From: the human T2T-CHM13v2.0 reference genome, Homo sapiens
Reading direction: 5' to 3' (one strand)
NCBI RefSeq assembly: GCF_009914755.1
Contig: NC_060941.1
Length of the DNA: 64,000 nt
A program made the position numbers and the translations under genes. The notes under the pieces were generated by a model that had not been told where the DNA came from, searched no databases, and worked only from the letters and a program-made list of their open reading frames with translations. Shown here one piece after another: positions 52,434 to 64,000 of the stretch. The stretch's first letter is position 1. The number at the start of each line of letters is the position of its first letter.

Positions 52434-54505
52434 AGAACCATTAGTCTGCCTAATGCTTATCAAAATTTAGAGTGCACAGGAGTCTTGTAAAAATTCGAGT
52501 GGAATTCAGAAAGTCTAGCATAGAGTCTGAGATTCCACATTTCCAACAAGCTCCCAGGCGATGTCCATGGACCACACCTTGAGTAGCAGCAAGTCTGTGT
52601 TGAATGTCCCCTTCCCTTGAACTTGCAAGTTGGATCCAAGCTCCAATCTACTCAGTCTGCTACTGTTCTTGTTTTGGTAGCTGGCTGTAGTTGCCTATTT
52701 CTGCCAATCTGCCAATAACATCATTGTTTCTAAGTTCTTTCTTTCCCCCCACCCTCTCTCACAAGAATTGTTTAAATCCTCACTCATCATTTGAATTCTA
52801 ATGAGATGCTGTGGATTGAATCAAATAGGGATCTTCCCTTCAAGGGCAGTAAATAAGAGACAGAGCCAGGCTGTGATGTGAGTTCAAAATGGGGCAGAGG
52901 TCATTTTTAGCTGAGAGGATTGGAAGGGATCTACGTGGCTGATAATAACAGTGTACCACTGTCCAAGTGCTTTGTACTAGTTGTCTCATTTTATCCTCAA
53001 AACAACCCTACAGGTAAGCACTGGGAACGTTCCCCAGTTTACACACGAGGAAGCTAAAGCTTAAAGAGAAGCAGAGGTTTTTTGAAGGGGGCATAGCAAG
53101 CAAGGTGCAGCGCTGTAGCTTGAACTCAGGTGCCTGTGCTGACTTTTAGTCCACTTAGGGCATGGGTGGTATTTAAGCTGCATGCCTGACTAGACCCAAC
53201 CAGACCCGATCAGACTCAGCCTTTTAGCACCAAGTCGTTTGGGCTAGGATGCGGTTTGTATGAGTTTAGTCTACCCCTCACTCACCTTCCATACCCCGAC
53301 AGCCAGAAAAAGACAGGTGGTAACAGTTTCCACCTCTGGTTTCTGGGCCCAGACCTCCAGGCCTGTACACAGAGCCTGGGGCCTGGACTCACACTTTTCC
53401 CCAGTTGGCTGCCTGTCCCAGCATGGGTCTCTGCTGCCTACATCTTTGTCTGTTTGTATCATTTTATTTCCTTGGCGGGGAGCAGGCTGTGTGTCCAGGC
53501 TTTTGTAGGCTTGTCCCTTCTTAGGCACATAACCCCAAATAGTGCTTCATAGAAGGTTGCCCGAAACTACCATGATGACTGCAGATCCTAAACTCCTCAG
53601 ATTCTGCTGGGTTCTTAGCTAAAATGGTATCCAACAGCCCAGCCCCATGGTTTTTCCAAGTTGACGAAACCCAGCTTGTCTCACCTTTTGATATCAGGGT
53701 TACAGGGTTGGGGTGGAGGTGAAGGGTGAGAAGGATCGGAGACCTCTGTGTTCCCCCACTAGAACTTGAGTTCCTAGAGACACGAACTTTGTCTTCTCAT
53801 TTTTGAACTCCCAGTGAAGAATACAGTGCTGGGCAGAGAGATGTGTCACCGCCTTGTCAGACGAGTGCATGACAGAGACTTGGGTGCATTTTCTTTGTGC
53901 GTGGGGTGAATGGCAGTGTTGGTAGTGTGTTTGGCTTGGCTCTCACACAGGAGATTCACCTGCTATAGGTTTCAGCTTGTAGGCCCCGGAACCCTGTGGG
54001 TGCAGCTACTGGGAAATCTGTCTTTCACCACATCTTTTTGGGTTCTGTAGCTGCTCAGGAAGATGAGGTTTTCTTATATAGCCCCAGCCCCTGGAGATGC
54101 TGGGTGAGTTGTAGAATGCCAACTTCGAGAGCATTAAGAGAGACCCTGTAATGATTAGGCAGCCCTGGGATTGTAGAATGGGGAACCCATGGAAGGAGGA
54201 GACCCCCCCACTTTCTTACCTTTCAGAGAAGGGAATCATCTTATTGTAGCAGAAGTTTCTTAAAATTTTGCTTGGACATCTAACCTTGAAAACTGAGGTT
54301 AAGAAAGTGAAGGGCTTAGTCCATAGAAGGAATTTTCCTCTGCATGTAGTTTTTCTCCTATCACTACAAAAAAATATGAAGAAAAGAAACCAAATTCGTA
54401 CCAAGGTGCTAAATGTGCCCTAGAATGTAAAGCAACTTTGCATTGGTCAACCGGACCCAGTCAGGGAAATATTTCCATTTATTCAACTTGTGTACCTAAG
54501 AGAGG

Positions 54506-55329
54506 TTTTTTTTTTCTTTTTTGAGACAGGGTCTCTCTCTGCTGGCCAGGCTGGAGTACAGTGTCACAGTCATGGGTCACTGCAGCCTCAATTTCCCAGG
54601 CTCAAGTGATCTTCCCATCTCAGCCTCCCTAGTAGCAGGGACTACAGGTGTGCACCAGCACACCTGGCTAATTTTTGTGTTTGTAGTAGAGATGGGGTTT
54701 CACCACATTGCCTAGGCTGGTCTCAAACTCCTGGGCCCAAGCAATCCATCTGCCTCGGCCTCTGAAAGTGCTAGTGTTACAGAAAAGGGGTCCTGATCCA
54801 GACCCCAAAAGAGGATTCTTGGATCTCACGCAAGAAAAAATTCAGGGCGAGTCCGCAGTGCAAAGCAAAAGCAAGTTTATTAAGAAAGTACAGTGGCGAA
54901 AGGACAGCTACTGCATAGACAGAGTAGGATGTTCCCAAAAGTTAGAGGAGGAACGCATCCACCCTAGGTACAATGCTTGTCTATATGAGGAGGTGTACTC
55001 TGCTATAAGGGTTTGTGATAAAGGATTAATTTTCTTAATTACTATATTTTGCAAGAGTCGATATTATTATCTTTAAAGTAAAACTAGGAATGCCTTTGTT
55101 CTCCAGATATCAGGACATCTGGACACTCCCAAGTCTGGGTCTGTTTTAGTAAACATTATTAGTTTGTTCCCTTAATCGTAAACATCTAGAGGCTAGGAAT
55201 GCCTAACTTTCTGGGAATGCAGCCCAGCAAGTCTCAGCCTTATTTTCCTAGCCCTCACTCAAAATGGAGTTGCTCTGATTTGAACACCTCTGACACTAAG
55301 ATTTTAGGCGTGAGCCACTGTTTCCCGCC
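54506..55329 (-). mobile_element. AluJ split by an LTR insertion (54506-54774 and 55296-55329)
   Basis: Alu stops at AAAGTGCTAG and resumes as GATTTTAGGCGTGAGCCACTG after the LTR. Confidence 0.88.
54775..55295 (-). mobile_element. MER41-family ERV1 solo LTR
   Basis: TGTTAC.GAAAAGGGGTCC.GATCCAGACCCCAA...GGTTTGTG...AAAATGGAGTTGCTCTG...CCTCTGACA; TG...CA ends; TSD CTAG/CTAA. Confidence 0.88.
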
Positions 55330-56379
55330 TTAAGTGAGAAAATCTTGTTGAGCCAATTCTTTAAGACTCCCTCTTGTCTCTTTGAGTCTTACAAGAAATA
55401 AGCCAATGAGAGGTTTTCCCCGGCCTCTTAGGAACCTTTTCTAGGAGGAGAGTGTTCAAGAAGAGGAGCCAAAGCTAGGAGAGGCCCACAGAGCGCTGGC
55501 ACTGAATTCAGAGGGGTGGTGCTCTCCTGGAGCCCGTGTGGCTAATCCATTTACACCATCTCCTCCGAGAACTTCATCCAGCCCAGGAGGGTGTGCTGTG
55601 GCCTTGCTGGGTCTTTTACCCTGGGGCCAAGGATGGCTTGGGGTGTAAGCTGGCGATCAGTGCTATTTCCACCCCCTTCTTCAAGACATAGGCTGCTTTA
55701 AAAAATTTTAATTGTCAGGGTTAGAGGTTTTGATGGTGTGGAACTGGGAGGTGGGCCTGGGAGAATGGAAATTGGATGTAAATGATTGAAGCTGGCCCAC
55801 AGAAGTCATTCTGCAGTACATATTCAGTGACTCCATTTCCAGGTAGGGAAGTTGAAGCCACAAGATGGGCTGTGATTTGCCTAAAGTCTCCTAGCAAATA
55901 GTGGCAGAATTGGGACCAGAGCTTTTCCCTCGAAGCCCTGGATAGAACATTAAAGTAATGGCAGTGTAATTGATTCATGTCTGCTTAGGTCATGAATCAA
56001 TTATTATGCACCCACCTGCCCTCCCTAGGAGATGGCTCCTGAGAGGCAGAGACCTTCTCTTAATCCTCTCTGTGTCCCTGCACCTCCCAGTGCAGTGGCC
56101 AGTACATGCTGGGGGGTCCTGTGGGGTGTGGGGAGTTGGATTGGGTGGTTAAACCTGATTGGCGAGACTCTTTGCTGCAAAGAGCACTCGGAGCGGGGGG
56201 TTGGGGGAGGGCAGGCTGGCCCCACCGCATCCTCTCTACTCAGCTGTGTCAACTCTCACCTTGTTGTCAGAAGTCTTTCCAGACCAACTCAGCCTCTGAG
56301 TTTTGGAGCAATATCTGTTTATGCCCCACATTTAGCCCCCTCTATAAACTTATTTATGTGGGAAGAGGACGGCATGCAT

Positions 56380-56600
56380 TGTGATTCAGTGTGGGCTGTG
56401 GATCTATCAGCCTGAGTTTCAGTCTCAGCTCTATCCTTTCTGAGCTGTGTGATCCAGGCAACCCCTCTGAGCCTCAATTTCCTTATCTGTGAAATATTCC
56501 TTTTCCACGGGCTGGTCATGAGGATGAATGGGGACAAGGCATGCAGCCATTCGGTGTGGCACCAGGACCTCAGCACATTCCCGCCCTTATCGTTGTGAAG
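56380..56600 (+). mobile_element. MIR
   Basis: CTCTGAGCCTCAATTTCCTTATCTGTGAAAT core. Confidence 0.7.
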
Positions 56601-56832
56601 TTTTCATCATTAAATGTGTTGTTCTGCACCTACTCTGAGGATGGTTACCTCACCCATGAGCAGGAGGAAATGATATGTAACGTTGGCAGATTGTTATGGC
56701 AACCAAATGAGAGAATATACATGAGAATGCTTTGTAAACTCCTAAGGCTTGGGTGTGAAGTATGACTGACCCCAAAAATCACACAATTGGTAAGAGGTGG
56801 CATTTTCCTGCAATGACCACACCCTCCCCCAA

Positions 56833-56990
56833 AACACATACACACATGTACACACTCACATATGCACACACATATACACATATATACATACATATATATA
56901 CTTGCACAGGCACACACACCACCACCAGCATCAGCACCACGAAACATCTCCATAGTCTGACCCCGCCCACCCCCCACCCCAACCCCTGGC
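56833..56990. repeat. (CA/TA)-rich simple repeat followed by C-run tract
   Basis: ACACATACACACATGTACACAC... then CCCCGCCCACCCCCCACCCCAACCCC. Confidence 0.8.
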
Positions 56991-57260
56991 ATCCCAGGGA
57001 AGTTGTCCTCTCATTTTTTCAACAGCCTCTAATGAGCCCTCCCAGACATCCAGACAAGCAGTGGTGGAATTAAAAAAGACAAATGAGACCCAGACCTCAC
57101 TCTTAGGAAGCTTAGCAGGGGAGAAGGGTGAGCAAAGGTTACTCTAAACAAGGCCAAATGACACAAAAGCCATAGCCACAAAAGCCTGGGTGGAGGGGAA
57201 GTTTGGGAATGGGCGGTTTCGTGGCAGGCCTGGCATTGGAGCTGGTCTTTGAAAGATGGG

Positions 57261-58017
<757 letters not shown>

Positions 58018-58067
58018 GATAGGATGTTTTCTTTTCACATTTGTTCCATTACAAAACTACTCACTGT

Positions 58068-58380
58068 GGCCAGGTGCAGTGGTTCATGCCTGTAATCCCA
58101 ACATTTTGGGAGGCAGAGGCAGGAGGATTGCTTGAGCCCAGGAATTTGAGACCAGCTTGGGCAACATAGGAAGACCCAGTCTGTACAAAAATTAATACAT
58201 AAATTAACCAGGCATAGTAGTGCATGCCTGTGGTCTCAGCTACTTGGGAGACTGATGTGGGAGGATTGCTTGAGCAACCCAGAAGGTTGAGGCTACAGTG
58301 AGCTGTAATCGTGCCACTGCACTCCAGACTGGACAACAGAGTGAGACCCTGTCTGTCTCAAAAAATAAAACATAAAAACA
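58068..58380 (+). mobile_element. AluJ-like
   Basis: Dimeric Alu. Confidence 0.9.
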
Positions 58381-59215
58381 CCCAAAAGTACTCATTGTAA
58401 AATGTTGTGAAATGTTGAAAAGCACAAGAGGGAAAATAAAAACCCTTTAGAGATGACCATATCTGTCCATGAAAAAAACAGTTTAAAATGGGTTTATACT
58501 TATAACACCTGTTGTTTGGTAAACTATTTTTATAGTATAAATATGTCATGAACTATTAAATTTTCTACCACAACATCACTTTTAATGCCTGCCTCATGGT
58601 CCATGATAAGGGTGTATTGAATGTGTTTAACCAGTGGAGAGTGGGGTTTTGATTAGCCAAGACTGGGATGGAGAAGTAGCAGCCTCATGGAAGGGAATGA
58701 TGTGAGCTCCAAGGGCACAGTAGTTGGTTACACTTCAGCAAACTGCAACCAATGAGAACAGTTCTCAGAATCAGGTCGATTACACTTATAAGAAGATGTA
58801 ATTTTTTGTGTGTGTTGGGGGTGGTCAGGGAAATAGACTGTGGACATGAGAGTGCTGCTGCTTCTGAGAAGTCCTGAAGGGTCCTGAGAATGAGCCAGCT
58901 CCATGATTTATGTCTGACTAATCAGTCTCAACTAGACCTGATGGGGGCAACTGAAAGTCAAAATTTGACTCTGCAGGGTGAGACTGAACTCGATGAACAT
59001 AGTTTCATAGTTTTAATTGAGATGCTGCTTTTTAATGAGTGACTGTTAGTGATGAGTGATTATTGCTTTTCCCATCACTCACTTCCCTCACTCCCCTCTT
59101 TCCTTCCCCACCCTTTATCCCAGATGAGGAAAAATCATTGGTAAAACAAAACAAAGAGAAAGGGATTTAGTGATAAAGACTCACCTTGTTTCACACTGAA
59201 GACTGAAGGATCTAA

Positions 59216-59557
<342 letters not shown>

Positions 59558-59880
59558 CCACTGTGAATTTTGAATGATCCAATAGGTGATTCAATAGGGA
59601 AAAAATGCTTATTCCTGTTAATTTCAACAACTGAGCCTTTCAAGTTGTGTTTATATAGCCAGCATGGACTTAGGTTTCATTTGCCCTACTGTGCAAGTGG
59701 AAGAAGAGGAATGTGGCAGTGACTCCTGATTTCATAGAGAAAGCCCACAAAACAGTTTAGAAATACAGAGATGTCAGCTGCAATGCTCCTTCCAAGACAA
59801 CCATTCCCAAGTGAGAAAACCAGTCAGAATTACAGCTCTCTTTGGGGGTTTCTTATTAGAGGACAAGGCAACTATTTCTA

Positions 59881-60210
<330 letters not shown>

Positions 60211-62330
60211 TAAAGTCTTAGGAGCCTTGCGAGATCCCTTTTGTTGAACGAAATGAGTCCAGGGACAGATTTATTCAACCCAAGACTTACCAGGAACAGT
60301 GATGAATATTCACATGAGTCTGCTTGTTGCCCCGAAGAGCAAGATTTATGTTCTTGTGAAAGTTTTCAACCTAACACTTTATCATATCTGATTCTTTGAA
60401 CTGGCTTTTTAATGTAGAGTGGCAGCTGTCTCTCCCCAGCTGGAGGGGAAGGAGGCCATCTTCTGCATCTCCTTCTGAGACACTTGTGTTAATGACGATG
60501 GCTTGCATTTGGGAGGCAATTTCATCAGTTGGCATTATAAGGAAAATAGCAGGCCTGCCAAGCTCAATTTACTGGCAGAAAAAGAAAAGGAGTGAAGAGG
60601 ATATTACTTATTAACTATGAAATGCGGACCGTACAGCACAACACTATCTTTTGAATTCCCCATGATTGCAGAATCATAAGGCTTTCTTCTGGTGTGGGAG
60701 CATACTGACACCCCTCCCTTGTGCTGTGGTTGTGAAAAGGATTATGTAAAGATGATTGCTACTTTCAGGAGCCACCAGCCTCTCAACTTTATCGAGGATG
60801 CAGGAAAAGGTAATTCAGGAAGGATGCAATTCACTTCAAACCTTTAACAAATCCATGTCATGAAAACCTAATTCAGAGAAGGTCATTTGCTGGAAGGTAT
60901 ATTATTAAATAAAAAGAAACAAATTTTTTTAAAAAAAGATCATTTGCTATAATATTGTTTTGCAACCATTCACCACATGACAACTTAGACAGTTGTTCTC
61001 AGGCATTTTGTATCTTTTTTTTTTTTTTTTTTCAAATTAATGAGTCTTTATTGAGAGTGTGCTGGGTGCCTTTCTTTGTGGGAAAACCATATTGGCCAAG
61101 TCTCTAAAGCTGATGCACACCCCCTCATTCTGTGCAAGTGAGTCTCTCAGAGCCTTTCAGCACCCGCCTCCAGTGCCTAGTGAGGTAGTCATGCCACCCG
61201 GGAAAGTGGGCAATGCTGCCTAAGAACAGTGCCCACATTCCAGCAAACTGTCATCCCAGAGCCTTGCAACCTCCTCTCCAAACGCTTGCAAAAAAACAAG
61301 TGTGAGCGCTAACAGACTCCTTGCCGGAAACCAGGTAGCCAGAGAAGCTAGTGACGCACCTGAGGAGGAAACCAGGGATCAGGACACTTCAAAGACCCAG
61401 TGCTGGCAAGGTGCCCCGGGCGAGGGTGACTGTCAGGACATTTCTGCATCATCCAGTTATGAAAGCTGATTCTATTTAATTCAGTTTAATTAAAACAGGG
61501 GGGCCAGTTCCACCCAAAGGCAGAAGACGCTGTCAGCGGATGCAGAGTGAGATCTGAGGACCAGGAAGCAAAAGTAGCACCTCCCTCGAATCTGCCACTG
61601 ATGACTGCCATCACCCCATTACTCCCTTCCAGTTACCCTTCGCGACTCACTCATCCCTTACCCCTCGGGAAGACACTGTCCAGGGCAGAGTCTCCCAGTC
61701 CAGGGCCCTCGGCTCTGGTGACCACATGCTCTGCACTAAAAATCAGCAACACATGATCAGGCAAATGTGAAGGTCCAAGGCACTAGGGGGCCAGCATATT
61801 TGAAATCGAGATGCCCAAAGGGCAATGAGACCAGGAATTCAGGTCCCTGTTCCCATTGCCTTTTGGGAAAGGCAGTAGTGTGGCTTAGTTGAACTGAGGA
61901 CAGACAGGGACTTGCTGGGAAGGGGAAATCAAGGTGCAGGTTCTCTTGGAAGGAGGCAGGATCACAAGCGGGTCCTGGGGTGGAGAGGGGGAAGGTGTGA
62001 GTGGAAAGAGCAAGTGTGCGTGACACAACCGGCACAGTCGGCCTCTTTCTCCACTGGATGGGAACTCCCTAAGGCAGAGGGCTTTGTGTTTTGTACATTG
62101 TTGTGTCCCCAGCACCTAGAACAGAGCCTGATACATTGTAGGAGCTCAGTAAATATTTATTGGATGAGTTGTAATATTTATTGTAAATATTAGTAAATAT
62201 TTATTGAGTTGAGTTGGTCTTTCCAGTGAAGTGGTTGCTTCTCTGTGAAGCTCTGTGGGAAACATAAATGGTGGGAGATAGGTTACCTGTCGTTAGGGCT
62301 GGCCATATGTGAGCCCTATAACCATTTGGT

Positions 62331-62364
62331 ATTCATTCATTCATTCATTCATTCATTCATTCAT
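62331..62364. repeat. (TTCA)n microsatellite, probably an L2 tail
   Basis: About 8 ATTC units. Confidence 0.88.
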
Positions 62365-62405
62365 GGAATATTTGCCCAGCTTCTATTCTGTAATATATTG
62401 TATTA

Positions 62406-62755
<350 letters not shown>

Positions 62756-64000
62756 TATTTCTTTAATACCCATCATGAGCCAGGCTCTGGGGGATACCAT
62801 GGTGCCTCAGGCTGGAAACACCTTCTTTGGTAGAAGACACAGACTGTCTAAGCCACAGACGGGGGCGCGTCGGTCTCTCTCTGGAAGTGGAGATGCTGGG
62901 AAAGGCTTTGCAGAGGAAGGCACATTTGGGCTGCATCCTGACAGCAGGGCAGGCGTTCGTCAGGCTGGGGAGGTGTGGGGCAGCACCGGAGCAGAGTGTC
63001 AGTGTGTGTCATGGCTTGGTTTCCCTCAGAGGCCTGCTGGGGCCACCTTTTAGCTACACTCTTCACACCTCATTTTCCCACTTCCCAGACCCTCTGAACA
63101 TGTCCTTCTCTCTTACTGGTTGCTCCCAGTTTTGCTCATCCCAGGGCCTTGCACCATGTGTAGCACAAAGATTCATTACGATCAATACCAGTTAGTCTAG
63201 GAACTGTTCTCAGAGCTCGGTGACATCCCTGGTGTGGGTGCAGCTGGGGACAGCAGCGGGACTTTGACTCCCATTTCCTCTCATGAGCTCCTTGGCCTGG
63301 CTCCCCTGGGAACTTGTTGTGAGAGGAGGATCACAACAAGGCTGGGCAGGATGAGGGCATCCCTGGGTTCTCTGTGCCATTGAAATACAACACGGCCCCT
63401 GCCGCAGGTGAGTGGATAGTGGGCCCATGTGGTTTAGCATAACCCAGAGCCAATGTCCTCAACAGGGCTGCCGATATGGTAGTGCTCACCCTTCACCTGG
63501 AGGCGGCTATGCTCCAGGGCACAATTTGACACACTTTAACAGGACAGCGTGTTGGTGCATTGGACTAGAGGGCCTTTAAGATCTCTTCCAACTGCACGCT
63601 TCATTCTGATCCAGTGATTCTTTCTGGCCTTGAGCTGGGAACATCAGAACCCAGTCCCGTGGTGGCTGCCAGAAGATACTGTTAAAATGCAACTAGAAGA
63701 ATGTTGTTTTGGTTCTTTCACACATCAGCTGCTAATCTTTGTAGGATTTTCCCCTTCCCAGGGTTAAGAGAGAGAAGAGGAAGTGAAAACAGGAGGGGAG
63801 AATTTTCTTAAAGCACCTCTTGCCTTGTAGACAACAACCAAAAACCCCCTAGGGTTTGAACAGTGCTGTGTACTTTTTTTTTTTTTTGTAGCTTGTTCCC
63901 ATCTACAGCCTGCCTCATTTGGTTCTCAGAGCTCCCCCAGGTGGGAGGCAGAATTCTGAACTGCCCCAATTCCACTCTTATTTGCAGACAGGGGGCATTC

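Noticed and set aside
59045-59205. C/D box snoRNA candidate (GTGATGA...CTGA) with a small TGAGTGAT/ATCACTCA hairpin
   Set aside because: No terminal stem, no recognisable rRNA guide, no host intron evident.

Overview
Human genomic DNA. Bases 2.1-13.9 kb hold the complete three-exon CCR7 gene on the minus strand. The spliced CDS is 13783-13774 + 7316-7267 + 4192-3116, giving 378 aa. The remaining ~50 kb is upstream intergenic DNA with no other credible protein-coding gene. It is dominated by repeats: two near-full-length L1s in opposite orientation, a 5'-truncated L1PA with a perfect TSD, an older host L1M, and a two-LTR MER57-type ERV1 provirus (PBS, integrase and env remnants, PPT, TSD). There are also MaLR/ERVL/MER41 solo LTRs, about 18 Alus, and MIR/L2/MER5 relics. 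Short unique islands between the repeats carry lymphocyte-type TF motif clusters. I found no convincing wholly new biological system. The best second-look items are: a MER41 LTR with an intact GAS site nested in an Alu; a symmetric SOX-ETS-ETS-SOX element; a retroposed 5' tRNA-Ile half with TSD; a 49-bp motif-rich tandem repeat; exon-2 skipping that turns the CCR7 start into a 9-codon uORF; and a 199-codon ORF plus paired miR-21/let-7 sites in the 3'UTR. Repeat subfamily names come from recalled consensus sequences and need RepeatMasker/Dfam confirmation.
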